A stretch of DNA of 32,000 bases, from assembly GCF_003026455.1 (NCBI RefSeq), contig NZ_PYMB01000002.1:64856-96855 (forward strand), given 5' to 3'. The notes beneath the pieces are model-generated. The model was not told where the DNA came from. It was given only the letters and a program-made list of their open reading frames with translations, and ran no database searches. Below are positions 1-9,778 of this stretch, piece after piece. The number at the start of each line of letters is the position of its first letter. Within the stretch, counting starts at the first letter, position 1. This DNA comes from Photobacterium rosenbergii (lineage in GTDB: Bacteria > Pseudomonadota > Gammaproteobacteria > Enterobacterales > Vibrionaceae). A program made the position numbers and the translations under genes.

Positions 1-1
1 G

Positions 2-2176
2 AATCTCGCCGCAACATCCTATCTAAAAAACGTCCAACTGACTTTTATTGAGCCGAGGAATATTACCATAGTTGGTGAAGTTAGTAGCCTATTAAATCAT
101 AAGAAATTAGATACTTTGTTTGATTTTGTAACGTCAGAATTACGTCAGCAAGGTAAACATTCGAGCAAAACACTGCGTCTAAGGCTCAGTTGGCAAGATC
201 CAGACAATATGCCAGTAATGAAGCAAGGAGAGCGGTGGCAGTTACAGATCAGGCTAAGACCGCCCTCTGGCCGGGTCAATAGCGCTGGTTATGATCGGGA
301 ACGGCAATTTGTTGGCCAAGGTATCCATGCGACCGGTGTTGTGCAAAGTGGCCATCGCTTAGAAAATGGTCACAATAGCTTGGCATCATTACGCCAGTCA
401 GCGTTTGACACTGTGGTGGGGTTGACCGAAGGGCTTGAACATCAACGCTACCTGCTGGCATTGGGCTTTGGTTTTCGAGGTGCTTTGCTTGATGAGGACT
501 GGGCACTGCTGCGAGATAGTGGGCTGGCACACCTGATGGCAATATCTGGTTTGCATATAGGTCTTGCCATTATGTTGGGCTGGTGGTGCGGCAGTTTGTT
601 GAGAAATGTATTCGGTGATTGTCCAAGAGGCATCTGGTTACCGCTATGGCTAGGGCTTTGCGCAGGGATGCTGTATGCGTGGCTTGCTGGGTTCACTTTG
701 CCAACCCAGCGAGCTTTGCTGATGAGCCTTATTGCTCTGGTATTATTGCGGGTCCGTATTGTTTGGCCTGGGTGGCAGGTTTTGCTGTTGGTCTTTGCCT
801 TGAGCCTCGCCATGGACCCGCTGGCCTCATACAGCGCCGGGTTTTGGCTGTCCTTTTCAGCTGTCGCAGTCATTGCCGCTGTCCATGCTGGGGGCGTGCG
901 GGCTGATACCCATCGCAACACTTCATTTTTCCAACGTTGTTTGGGCCGGGTGAAGGTGTTGGTGTTGCTCCAATTTGCTTTGCTGGCACTAATGCTTCCG
1001 GTGCAATGGGTTTGGTTTGGTGGGTTTTCTCCTTGGGCGCCTGTTATTAACCTGCTGGCAGTCCCTTGGGTGAGTTTGTTCACTGTCCCTTTGGTTCTCG
1101 TTGCGATTATTTTCTCCCCGATTGAACCTATAGCCATAATATGTTGGCAACTCGCTGATTTGACACTCACTCCTGTACTAGGAGTGGCACAGTTGGCCCG
1201 GGGTGGATGGTGGACGATTGCAGAAAACCAAGAGGTATGGGTCTTGGCGGCTTCAGCCGTTGTTGTGTTGCTCTGGCTGTTACCGTTAAGGCGCTTTACT
1301 GCTCTCGTAGCAGTGTTAGTCATTGTCTCTGTGATATGGGATAAGCCAGTGCCGGAAAGCCAAGAAGGCCTAGTGCCATGGCAGGTGGATATGCTTGATG
1401 TCGGCCATGGTCTGGCCGTGCTGATATCATCCAACAACCGCAGTGTTCTTTATGACACGGGTAACCGCTGGCCGGGTGGGTCAATTGCTAGTTCAGTCAT
1501 TGAACCGGTTCTCAAACAAAGGGGCCAAAGCCGATTGGATGGGCTGGTATTGAGCCACGCCGATAGTGACCACGCAGCAGGGGCTGACTATCTCGAGGAA
1601 AACTTTGCCCCGATTTGGAAACGGAGCAGTGACTTTCGTGAGGGTTACCAACCCTGTATCCGTGGTGAGCAGTGGCAATGGCAGAGCTTGGACTTTCGGG
1701 TATTGTGGCCCCCTAAGCAGGTGAAAAGGGCGGCAAACCCTCATTCGTGCGTGATTGAAATAAAACAGCGGCATAATGGGAATGGAGCGGATGGTCCCTC
1801 TTTACTGCTCACCGGGGATATAGATGCGGTTTCTGAATTATTGCTGGCAAGGATAGAGCCTGATTTGTCACCGGATATTCTTTTGGTTCCACATCATGGT
1901 AGCCGCAGTTCTTCGACAGCTACTTGGTTAGATCAAATGGGTTGGTTTAGCAAAATGACACCGAGATATGCATTGGTATCGGTGGCGCGGTATAACCCTT
2001 GGCAACTTCCTTCTGCTGATGTGCGGCAGCGTTATCGAGAAAGGGGGGCCTATTGGCTTTCGACTGCAGAGTCAGGACAAGTATCCCTGGAGATAAAGGG
2101 GGATAGCGTTGAAGTGATACGTTATCGCCAAGATCGAAAGCCAGCATGGTTCCGGCCTGTTTTTCACGATGAATAG
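2..2176 (+). CDS. comEC: DNA internalization competence protein ComEC/Rec2, 5' end truncated by the window edge
   Basis: Polytopic membrane core followed by a metallo-beta-lactamase-type C-terminal domain (LSHADSDHAAG, VPHHGS). The ORF-track start at 116 is a TTG. I read the same frame back to nt 2 and found no stop (NLAATSYLKNVQLTFIEPRNITIVGEV...), so the gene starts upstream of the window. Confidence 0.85.
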   Translation, partial: NLAATSYLKNVQLTFIEPRNITIVGEVSSLLNHKKLDTLFDFVTSELRQQGKHSSKTLRLRLSWQDPDNMPVMKQGERWQLQIRLRPPSGRVNSAGYDRERQFVGQGIHATGVVQSGHRLENGHNSLASLRQSAFDTVVGLTEGLEHQRYLLALGFGFRGALLDEDWALLRDSGLAHLMAISGLHIGLAIMLGWWCGSLLRNVFGDCPRGIWLPLWLGLCAGMLYAWLAGFTLPTQRALLMSLIALVLLRVRIVWPGWQVLLLVFALSLAMDPLASYSAGFWLSFSAVAVIAAVHAGGVRADTHRNTSFFQRCLGRVKVLVLLQFALLALMLPVQWVWFGGFSPWAPVINLLAVPWVSLFTVPLVLVAIIFSPIEPIAIICWQLADLTLTPVLGVAQLARGGWWTIAENQEVWVLAASAVVVLLWLLPLRRFTALVAVLVIVSVIWDKPVPESQEGLVPWQVDMLDVGHGLAVLISSNNRSVLYDTGNRWPGGSIASSVIEPVLKQRGQSRLDGLVLSHADSDHAAGADYLEENFAPIWKRSSDFREGYQPCIRGEQWQWQSLDFRVLWPPKQVKRAANPHSCVIEIKQRHNGNGADGPSLLLTGDIDAVSELLLARIEPDLSPDILLVPHHGSRSSSTATWLDQMGWFSKMTPRYALVSVARYNPWQLPSADVRQRYRERGAYWLSTAESGQVSLEIKGDSVEVIRYRQDRKPAWFRPVFHDE

Positions 2177-2304
2177 AAAGCGCATCCTATTGCATCGATA
2201 TGGAAAGTTGTTTGAAAAACAAGCGGTATGGTGCATTGGTCAATGAACTTATTTGGTCTCCGGCATTTATGCGAGTAGAATGGAAAAATTGTCTTTAAGA
2301 AAAA

Positions 2305-4071
2305 ATGGTTTCCATGACTACTTCGAACGATCAAACCACTTGGGAGACGTTTAAGCGACTGTGGCCCTCAATTAGCCTTTATAAAGCAGGCTTGGCTGTC
2401 GCTGTTGTTGCTTTGATTATCAACGCCGCAAGTGATGCATTGATGCTCTCGATGATAAAGCCGCTGATGGATGAAAGTTTCGGTGGCATAGATGGTATTG
2501 AGTCGAATTTCCTGGCAATGATGCCAATTTACTTATTGGGTCTGATGATCCTGCGCGGGGTCAGCGGTTTTGTTTCCACCTATTGCCTTGCATGGGTATC
2601 TGGCAATGTGGTGATGAGTATGCGCCGCCAGATGTTTAATCACTTCATGAAAATGCCTGTGGGCTTTTTCGATAAAGAGTCCTCAGGCAAATTACTATCG
2701 CGCATTACCTATGACTCTGAGCAGGTCGCATCTGCAACGAGTGGTGCTCTGGTCAGCTTAGTCCGCGAAGGTGCAACGATTATCGCCCTGATGGCGATCA
2801 TGTTTTATAACAGCTGGCAACTGTCGGCAATCCTTCTAGTTATCGCACCTGTTGTTGCTATCAGTATCCGGGTAGTGTCCAAGCGCTTCCGTCGTATTTC
2901 CAAAAATATGCAAGATGCGATGGGGTCTGTGACGTCATCTGCGGAGCAAATGCTTAAAGGTCACAAAGTAGTGTTGAGCTACGGTGGTCAGCAAGTTGAG
3001 CAGGACCGTTTCGAGAACGTGAGTAACCGTATGCGCCAGCAAACGATGAAACTGGTCTCTGCTCAGGCGATTGCCAATCCAGTTATTCAAGTTATTGCTT
3101 CATTAGCGTTGGTGGTTGTACTAATCCTTGCCAATACTGAAGCACTACGCGAGTCGTTGACTCCGGGTACCTTTGCCCTGATCTTTGGTTCTATGTTCGG
3201 TCTAATGCGCCCATTGAAGGCGCTGACCAACGTGACTTCTCAGTTCCAGCGCGGTATGGCCGCATGTCAAACCCTGTTTGGTTTGATGGAGTTGGAAACC
3301 GAAAAAGACAATGGTCAATATGAAGCCGAGCGCGTGAACGGTGATATCCAAGTCAAAGACGTTACTTTCACTTACCCGACCAAAGACACGCCGGCTCTGA
3401 GGAATGTTAACTTTGATTTGCCTGCAGGCCAGACGCTTGCCTTGGTAGGTCGCTCGGGTTCAGGTAAAAGTACCATTGCCAATTTGCTGACCCGTTTTTA
3501 CGACATTGACTCGGGAAGTATTACCATTGATGGTCACGATATCTGCGATTACAAACTGGCTAACCTGCGTGAGCAGGTGGCGGTTGTTTCCCAGAATGTC
3601 CATCTGTTCAACGATACGATTGCCAATAACATTGCTTATGCCAGCGGTGATGCCTACAGCCGGGCAGATATCGAAAAAGCGGCAGAGCTTGCCTATGCCA
3701 TGGACTTTATTAAAGACATGGATAACGGCCTGGACACTATGATTGGTGAGAACGGTGTTAGCTTGTCCGGTGGGCAGCGCCAGCGTCTAGCTATAGCCCG
3801 AGCCCTATTGCGTAATGCCCCAGTATTGATCCTTGATGAGGCCACCTCGGCGCTGGATACTGAGTCGGAGCGAGCAATCCAGTCAGCGCTGGACGAGTTG
3901 CAAAAAGACCGTACGGTTCTGGTGATTGCCCACCGATTGTCGACTATAGAAAATGCCGACCAAATTTTGGTGGTTGATGACGGTGAAATCATTGAGCGCG
4001 GTGTCCATGCTGAACTGCTGGCACAAGATGGTGCATATGCCCAGTTGCACCGAATCCAGTTTGGTGAATAA
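2305..4071 (+). CDS. msbA: Lipid A export ABC transporter permease/ATPase MsbA
   Basis: Six-TM domain plus NBD with Walker [10 protein letters not shown], signature LSGGQRQR and Walker [12 protein letters not shown]. Near-collinear with E. coli MsbA as I recall it (e.g. [25 protein letters not shown]). The start could instead be the second ATG at 2317; neither has a clear SD. Confidence 0.93.
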   Translation: MVSMTTSNDQTTWETFKRLWPSISLYKAGLAVAVVALIINAASDALMLSMIKPLMDESFGGIDGIESNFLAMMPIYLLGLMILRGVSGFVSTYCLAWVSGNVVMSMRRQMFNHFMKMPVGFFDKESSGKLLSRITYDSEQVASATSGALVSLVREGATIIALMAIMFYNSWQLSAILLVIAPVVAISIRVVSKRFRRISKNMQDAMGSVTSSAEQMLKGHKVVLSYGGQQVEQDRFENVSNRMRQQTMKLVSAQAIANPVIQVIASLALVVVLILANTEALRESLTPGTFALIFGSMFGLMRPLKALTNVTSQFQRGMAACQTLFGLMELETEKDNGQYEAERVNGDIQVKDVTFTYPTKDTPALRNVNFDLPAGQTLALVGRSGSGKSTIANLLTRFYDIDSGSITIDGHDICDYKLANLREQVAVVSQNVHLFNDTIANNIAYASGDAYSRADIEKAAELAYAMDFIKDMDNGLDTMIGENGVSLSGGQRQRLAIARALLRNAPVLILDEATSALDTESERAIQSALDELQKDRTVLVIAHRLSTIENADQILVVDDGEIIERGVHAELLAQDGAYAQLHRIQFGE

Positions 4072-5087
4072 TGGCTTCGGTAATCGAAAAGATCTGGTTT
4101 GAGGGCCACCCGGCAGGGAAGGTGCTAAAACCTTTGCTATGGCCGCTGAGTAAAGTGTTTGGCGCGGTGAGTCGTCGCCGTCGACAACAGTACCAATCGG
4201 GCCAGAAAACACCTTACCGCCCATCGGTGCCTGTGGTTATCGTCGGTAATATAACCGCTGGTGGCAATGGTAAAACGCCCGTTGTTGTTTGGTTGGTGGA
4301 GCAACTTAAGGCTGCGGGGCTTAAGCCGGGAGTCGTCTCCCGAGGTTATGGTGCAAAAGCACCACATTATCCCTATTTAGTCGATGGCCAGAGCACCACA
4401 GCCGAAGCGGGTGATGAGCCTGTTCTTATCTACCGCCGGACCGGAGTGCCGGTTGCCGTTTCCCCTAAACGAGCAGAAGCGGTTCAATTGATTGAGTCAG
4501 ATGTCGATGTGATCATCACCGACGATGGCCTGCAGCACTATGCGCTGGCAAGGGATATCGAAATCGTGGTGATTGACGGTCAGCGTCGATTTGGTAACCA
4601 GCAACTCATTCCTATGGGGCCGTTGCGCGAAGGGTGTGACCGTTTGCAAGAAGTGGATTTCCTCATTTGTAATGGTGGTAACCCTCAAAACGGTGAGATC
4701 CCGATGCAATTAGTGCCTTCCGACTTTATCAATCTCGTGACGGGGGAACGTTGTGAAGCAACTCGGTTGCAGGGTGAAGTTGTTGCCATGGCAGGGATTG
4801 GTCACCCACCCCGATTTTTTAATACATTAAAACAACTCGGTATTAGCCCGGTGAAATGTCAGCCATTTGCTGATCACCAGGCGTTCGCCGAGCAGGAATT
4901 ACAACAGCTGTCCGGACAAGGGCAGCACTTAGTCATGACAGAGAAAGATGCGGTGAAATGCCACACTTTCGCCCAGCCTAATTGGTGGTATTTACCGGTA
5001 GATGCCGAGATGCCGACCGAGCAGGCTGCAAGCGTGATTAACCGGATCATTGAGGTAAAGGAAGAGTATGGATCATCGTCTGCTTGA
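4071..5087 (+). CDS. lpxK: Tetraacyldisaccharide 4'-kinase LpxK
   Basis: P-loop [13 protein letters not shown], about 330 aa, in the conserved position after msbA. Its ATG shares 1 nt with the msbA TAA (TAATG). Confidence 0.9.
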   Translation: MASVIEKIWFEGHPAGKVLKPLLWPLSKVFGAVSRRRRQQYQSGQKTPYRPSVPVVIVGNITAGGNGKTPVVVWLVEQLKAAGLKPGVVSRGYGAKAPHYPYLVDGQSTTAEAGDEPVLIYRRTGVPVAVSPKRAEAVQLIESDVDVIITDDGLQHYALARDIEIVVIDGQRRFGNQQLIPMGPLREGCDRLQEVDFLICNGGNPQNGEIPMQLVPSDFINLVTGERCEATRLQGEVVAMAGIGHPPRFFNTLKQLGISPVKCQPFADHQAFAEQELQQLSGQGQHLVMTEKDAVKCHTFAQPNWWYLPVDAEMPTEQAASVINRIIEVKEEYGSSSA

Positions 5088-5247
5088 AATCGTTGCATGC
5101 CCAGTATGCAAAGGTAAATTGAACTTCGACAAAGACAAAAATGAGCTGATCTGCAAATTTGATCGTCTGGCATATCCTATTAAAGATGGTATCCCCGTGC
5201 TGCTTGAGCCAGAGGCGCGTACTCTGAGCTCTGAAGAGGTGAAATAA
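5068..5247 (+). CDS. ycaR: Trm112/YcaR-family small zinc-ribbon-like protein (UPF0434), 59 aa, absent from the ORF track
   Basis: My own translation is [59 protein letters not shown]. This matches E. coli YcaR ([14 protein letters not shown]...GIPVLLE..EAR) and the conserved lpxK-ycaR-kdsB order. It overlaps lpxK by 20 nt, and its TAA shares 1 nt with the kdsB ATG. Confidence 0.88.
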   Translation: MDHRLLEIVACPVCKGKLNFDKDKNELICKFDRLAYPIKDGIPVLLEPEARTLSSEEVK

Positions 5248-5993
5248 TGTCTTTTACTGTGATTATTCCGGCCCGTTACCAGTCATCGCGTTTACCGGGT
5301 AAGCCGTTGGCTGATATTGCTGGCAAGCCAATGATCCAGTGGGTTTATGAGCAGGCGAGTAAAGCCTGTGCTGATCAGGTGATTGTAGCTACTGATGATC
5401 AGCGCATTGCTGATGCTGTGAAAGGGTTTGGTGGTGAAGTCTGCATGACCCGCAGTGATCATGAGTCGGGCACTGAACGTTTGGCCGAAGTGGTTGAGAA
5501 ATACCAGTTGGCTGATGATCAAATTGTGGTTAATGTCCAAGGTGACGAGCCGCTGATCCCTGAGAGCATTATCCGACAGGTTGCGACGAACCTTGCAGGC
5601 AGCAAGGCACCTATGGCGACATTGGCTGTTGAAATCGACCATGCTGATGAAGTGTTCAATCCAAATGCGGTTAAAGTGGTAACCGATAAAGACGGCTACG
5701 CACTTTACTTCAGCCGTGCTTCTATTCCATGGGATCGCGATAACTTCGCTAAGCGTCCGCAGGAAATCCACCAGAACTTGATGCGTCATATAGGTATCTA
5801 TGCTTATCGTGCAGGGTTTATCAATACCTACATCAACTGGGAGCCGAGCACGCTGGAGAAAATCGAAGCACTAGAGCAACTTCGTGTGTTGTGGTACGGC
5901 GAGAAAATCCACGTTGATGTGGCGATTGATGCGCCGCCGGCAGGGGTTGATACGCCTGAAGATCTGGAAAAAGTGCGCCAGCTGGTCGGGTAG
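5247..5993 (+). CDS. kdsB: 3-deoxy-manno-octulosonate cytidylyltransferase (CMP-KDO synthetase)
   Basis: N-terminal [16 protein letters not shown] motif, VNVQGDEP, 248 aa, synteny after ycaR. Confidence 0.93.
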   Translation: MSFTVIIPARYQSSRLPGKPLADIAGKPMIQWVYEQASKACADQVIVATDDQRIADAVKGFGGEVCMTRSDHESGTERLAEVVEKYQLADDQIVVNVQGDEPLIPESIIRQVATNLAGSKAPMATLAVEIDHADEVFNPNAVKVVTDKDGYALYFSRASIPWDRDNFAKRPQEIHQNLMRHIGIYAYRAGFINTYINWEPSTLEKIEALEQLRVLWYGEKIHVDVAIDAPPAGVDTPEDLEKVRQLVG

Positions 5994-6025
5994 CCTTACA
6001 GGTTTAATTCGTCCAAATTGATAAG

Positions 6026-6050
6026 CGGGAGGCAAATGCCTCCCGTTTTT
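6026..6050. terminator. Intrinsic terminator hairpin between convergent kdsB and the EamA gene
   Basis: CGGGAGGC-aaat-GCCTCCCG (8-bp GC-rich stem) followed by TTTTT on the + strand. Confidence 0.75.
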
Positions 6051-6059
6051 ATTATGGGA

Positions 6060-6935
6060 TTAAGGCTCGCTAACTGCTGTGCGGGTTTTGCTTTTGAATA
6101 TACGCTTCCAGTTGATTGGCATCATTGGCACCACGATCAGCAAGATCCCGAATACTGTCAGCAGATCAGGGATCTCATCAAACCACATCACCCCGAAGGC
6201 GGTGACAAACACCAGCCCCGAATACTCTGCCAGGGCAATTTGTCCCGCAGCAGCCTTCTTGTAGCCGATGACCACCAAGGCATGATATCCCAACACAAAC
6301 AGGTTAATTGCCATGATCCAACCAATATGCCGCCACTCTATGTTGGTCCATTGAGGCAATGCCAACAGTAGCGATAGTGGCAGTGTCATCACGCCGGTCC
6401 AGAATAGTGTTGAAATCAGGTGCTGATCTTTTGGCAGTTTACGGATCAAGATATTGCCCAGTCCCATAGCCAAGGCACTACCAAGGCCAACAATCGCTGC
6501 CCAGTGGAAATGTTCAGGGCGTAATACTACCAACACACCTGCAAAGCCTATCGTCGTCGCAATAACCTTGGAACGCGGTGGCGTTTCCTTTAGTAAGAAG
6601 ATGGAAAGCGGCAACATCAACAGAGGCCCGACGTAGAACATGGCATTGGCGGTCGCCAGCGGCAAGAAGGTAATCGCGACCATAGCACAGGCGCTACCCA
6701 TCAAGATTAATTGGGCACGCCAGAAGGCGATTTTGCAGCACCCCTGCTGGCGTTTTGCCACAGGGAGTTTTAGCCAGAACGGCAGCAGCATGACCACACT
6801 GAGCAACTGGCGGATGAAGACATACTGGAAAGTGGGCACTTCACCATTGAGGATTTTCAGAGAAACATCCGAGAAGGAAGCGAGCAAATTTGCAGCAACG
6901 AGTAGAACGATGGCTTGGTTGACGGGGTTACGCAT
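6060..6935 (-). CDS. EamA/DMT-superfamily permease (about 10 TM)
   Basis: 291-aa highly hydrophobic protein with the two-half architecture typical of EamA-domain transporters. Substrate unknown. Confidence 0.75.
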   Translation of the reverse strand: MRNPVNQAIVLLVAANLLASFSDVSLKILNGEVPTFQYVFIRQLLSVVMLLPFWLKLPVAKRQQGCCKIAFWRAQLILMGSACAMVAITFLPLATANAMFYVGPLLMLPLSIFLLKETPPRSKVIATTIGFAGVLVVLRPEHFHWAAIVGLGSALAMGLGNILIRKLPKDQHLISTLFWTGVMTLPLSLLLALPQWTNIEWRHIGWIMAINLFVLGYHALVVIGYKKAAAGQIALAEYSGLVFVTAFGVMWFDEIPDLLTVFGILLIVVPMMPINWKRIFKSKTRTAVSEP

Positions 6936-7083
6936 TGAAACTCAGTGTGTGAAATAGGGTAAGTAAAAAACTGTTAATGCCATATTGTATGGCAAGAGGC
7001 GTATTCTACCGATCGAAACCGAAATTTCACTGAGTATTTTATCTTTTGATTCTAAGAGGGGGGCTTTGATGAATTTTGAATAC

Positions 7084-7120
7084 AAAAATGCCACCCGTCG
7101 TTATGAGGGTGGCATTTTTT
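7084..7120. terminator. Bidirectional intrinsic terminator downstream of tcyP
   Basis: AAAAATGCCACCC-(10 nt)-GGGTGGCATTTTTT: a 9-bp core stem flanked by an A-tract and a T-tract. It separates tcyP from the co-oriented EamA gene. Confidence 0.8.
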
Positions 7121-7149
7121 AGTTCCTAGTTCCTAGTTCCTAGTTCCTA
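7120..7149. repeat. Perfect tandem heptamer (TAGTTCC)x4 plus a partial unit; minus-strand reading TAG(GAACTAG)x3 GAACTA
   Basis: Counted directly: units at 7120-7126, 7127-7133, 7134-7140 and 7141-7147, then TA. The partial unit plus C7147 forms the TAG stop codon of tcyP on the minus strand. Confidence 0.95.
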
Positions 7150-8535
7150 CGCTTTCGCTGTTTGCTCTTCGATATCGTCTTCAGCTTCGAACAGGCTATC
7201 GTCAGCTTGGCCTAGTACGCGGGAGGTAATTGTACCCGCAGTCATCGCGCCGCTTACGTTGACCGCAGTACGGCCCATATCGATTAGAGGTTCGATAGAG
7301 ATCAGGAGGCCAGCAAGTGCAACAGGCATATCCAGAGCAGATAGGACAATCAGGGCTGCGAAAGTCGCGCCACCACCAACACCGGCAATACCGAACGAGC
7401 TAATGGTTACAATCGCAATCAAGGTCAGCATAAAGCCCGGATCAAGAGGGTTAATACCAACAGTCGGGGCAATCATTACTGCCAGCATCGCTGGGTAAAG
7501 ACCGGCACAGCCGTTTTGACCCATAGTGGCACCAAATGAAGCCGAGAAGTTCGATACTGCATCGCCATTACCCAGTTTCTTAACCTGAGTTTCAACGTTT
7601 AGCGGAATCGTACCGGCGCTCGAGCGCGAAGTGAACGCAAAAGTCAGTACTGGCAGGATTTTCTTCAGGTAACGGATTGGGTTAACGCCAACGAAGGTCA
7701 CCAGCACAAGGTGCATCACGAGGATGAGCCCAAGGCCGACGTAAGAGGCAACCACAAAGTTAATCAGGCTAAGGATATCGTCATAGTTTGAACCTGCAAC
7801 AACCTTGGTCATCAGGGCTAGAACACCATAAGGCGTCAGGCTCAGTACCATGCGGACCAGGGTACGGACGACCTCTTGGGCAACATTGATGAAGCGCTCG
7901 AAGCTCGCGCCCAGTTCTGGCTGGGTGCGGATCACCGTGAGTCCAGCAACCCCCACAAAGGCTGAGAAAATTACGACAGCAATAGTTGATGTTGGACGGC
8001 TACCGGCTAAGTCAGCAAATGGGTTCGCAGGGAAGAAAGAGATAATCATGTCAGCAAAAGACATGGCCTCTACTGACGTCAGGCGAGTTTCCAACATCTC
8101 ACCACGGGCGATCTCGCGCGCACCCTGAACAATGCCTTCAGCACTTAGGCCAAACATGCTGCTGATAAGGATACCGATAAGGGCAGAAGCGGCTGTCGTT
8201 GCCAGCAGGATACCGATACTCAAGCCAGAGATTTTACCCAGTGAGCCAGAATCTTTTACTTTGATAATCGCGCCAATGATGGACACGGTGATCAACGGCA
8301 TGATGATCATCTTCAACAGGCTCACATAACCGGCGCCAACAATGTTGACGTAGTCCAGCGTGCCAGCGATGACATCACTACCACCACCGTAAATAAGCTG
8401 TAGCGCACCACCGAAAAGTACACCTAAACCCAGAGCGGTAAATACTCGCTTGGATAGTGTTTGTTCTGATTTTTGTTGTTTTACCAACAGGGCAATAATA
8501 ATGGCGAAGACCGCCAAGTTGAGTATCTGGAACAT
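7147..8535 (-). CDS. tcyP: L-cystine / dicarboxylate-amino acid:cation symporter, TcyP (YdjN) family
   Basis: Long blocks match E. coli YdjN as recalled (LTPYGVLALMTKVVAGSN, VLTFAFTSRSSA, ASFGATMGQNGCAGLYPAMLAVM.APTVGINPLDP, GVGGGATFAALIVL, EPLIDMGRTA.NVSG.MTAG). I moved the start to the ATG at 8535 (MFQILNLAVF...). That start aligns with the YdjN N-terminus and is preceded by AGGATTAGG. The ORF-track start at 8640 adds 35 non-homologous residues. Confidence 0.85.
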   Translation of the reverse strand: MFQILNLAVFAIIIALLVKQQKSEQTLSKRVFTALGLGVLFGGALQLIYGGGSDVIAGTLDYVNIVGAGYVSLLKMIIMPLITVSIIGAIIKVKDSGSLGKISGLSIGILLATTAASALIGILISSMFGLSAEGIVQGAREIARGEMLETRLTSVEAMSFADMIISFFPANPFADLAGSRPTSTIAVVIFSAFVGVAGLTVIRTQPELGASFERFINVAQEVVRTLVRMVLSLTPYGVLALMTKVVAGSNYDDILSLINFVVASYVGLGLILVMHLVLVTFVGVNPIRYLKKILPVLTFAFTSRSSAGTIPLNVETQVKKLGNGDAVSNFSASFGATMGQNGCAGLYPAMLAVMIAPTVGINPLDPGFMLTLIAIVTISSFGIAGVGGGATFAALIVLSALDMPVALAGLLISIEPLIDMGRTAVNVSGAMTAGTITSRVLGQADDSLFEAEDDIEEQTAKA

Positions 8536-8875
8536 CGAACCTAATCCTACCGTTGTCATTAATTTGCAATTCCGATTTGCAAAGTCATCAATCACTAATT
8601 GGCTGCAATAGTATGATGCGACTCGTAAAAGCTGAATCAATTTCGATAGTTTTAGATATGAGTAATGGGTATTTAATAGATCTAAAAATCATATAGCTTA
8701 AACGTTAAGCATATTTGGTGAAATATGGGAGAAAAATAGGCTTGGAGCCTTAAGCTCTGGGCAGGAGTTGTCGCTTTGCTAAAGAGATAAGGTGGCTCAG
8801 GTGCAGGAAAGGTGACGCTATTAGAATTAGCCCGCCAGCTTATGCAGCCAGCGGGGCGATAATAGAAGGAAGGTA

Positions 8876-9658
8876 TTATTGAGTAGCGATTTCTTCTTCA
8901 CCTGCCATAGTGCGCAATTCTTGCCACCATTTACCCAGGGTTTCGTGCCAGTAACGTTCAGTCTGCTCGAGATATTTTGCCTGTGGGCGATAGCGTTCCC
9001 ATGGTTGCTCGATTTTATTACTGGCAAGGAAGTTGGTTGGGGCCGCTGTCGGGCTCAATCCAACTTTATGGAATTCACCCATCGCCCTTGTCATATGGCT
9101 TGCCGAAGTCACAATAACGAGCTTGTCATCGCCAACGACAGAGGCGGCTTGGAATGCTTCCTCCCAGGTATCTTTGGCCGTTTCGAGCAGCAAAATGTCG
9201 TTTTTATTGACCCCCAACGCCAGGGCAACCTTGGCCATCATTCGGGCTTGACTGATATTGGTACCACCACCGTAGCCTGACAAAATCAGTTTTGAGCCAG
9301 GGAATAGGCGATGGATTCGCATCCCTTCGTTCAAACGCATTAGCGCTGTACGTGAAAGTTGTGAGGTGATTGGCATCGCATGATCAATCACATGACCGCT
9401 TCCTAGCACCATAACATAGTCCACCGTTTGACCTGAAGGCACGTAAGGCGGGTAGGCTTTTTCCAATGGGCGCAGTAGGCTTGTCGCGACGGGCTGGAAG
9501 GAAACGAGGAATATCCCCAAGAAAGCAAAGCTAATGAAAAAGCTTGCCAGTCCTTTGCGGCGGGTAAACCAGAGTATTAGTAGGCCAAACAAGCCAAGCA
9601 TGAGCATAGCTGGTAGGGGCATAAGAAAAGCAGAGACAATTTTTTTTAGTTCAAACAT
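8876..9658 (-). CDS. elyC: Envelope biogenesis factor ElyC (YcbC), DUF218/YdcF family
   Basis: 260 aa with an N-terminal TM segment followed by a DUF218-like domain. It is divergent from cmoM-mukFEB exactly as in E. coli. Confidence 0.75.
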   Translation of the reverse strand: MFELKKIVSAFLMPLPAMLMLGLFGLLILWFTRRKGLASFFISFAFLGIFLVSFQPVATSLLRPLEKAYPPYVPSGQTVDYVMVLGSGHVIDHAMPITSQLSRTALMRLNEGMRIHRLFPGSKLILSGYGGGTNISQARMMAKVALALGVNKNDILLLETAKDTWEEAFQAASVVGDDKLVIVTSASHMTRAMGEFHKVGLSPTAAPTNFLASNKIEQPWERYRPQAKYLEQTERYWHETLGKWWQELRTMAGEEEIATQ

Positions 9659-9778
9659 GCAATGTAGTCCGAAAAATCAGCAGTTGAGCTCGAAAAAGCA
9701 CCACAAGCCTTTATTCCTTTATCGCTTGTGAGAAAATAAGCCACATTTTTAGAACCGCTATCATAACGTAAAGCTGAC

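Noticed and set aside
448-1437. 329-aa ORF antisense to comEC
   Set aside because: It lies entirely inside and opposite the well-supported comEC membrane domain. Its composition (S/T/P/R/A-rich, low complexity) is typical of the reverse strand of a GC-rich hydrophobic gene. No independent start signals.
7069-7122. 17-aa mini-ORF (MNFEYKNATRRYEGGIF) preceded by a strong SD-like AAGAGGGGGG
   Set aside because: The ORF consists almost entirely of the tcyP terminator hairpin read on the opposite strand and ends in the first TAG of the heptamer array. There is no evidence of a + strand promoter here. I kept it only as a curiosity.
8536-8640. N-terminal 35-residue extension of the tcyP ORF (also 11801-11899 for mukE, 17340-17387 for the lipoprotein, 28789-28821 for yfcA)
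   Set aside because: The extensions have no homology to the respective families and no SD. The downstream ATGs align with known N-termini or give a canonical signal peptide.
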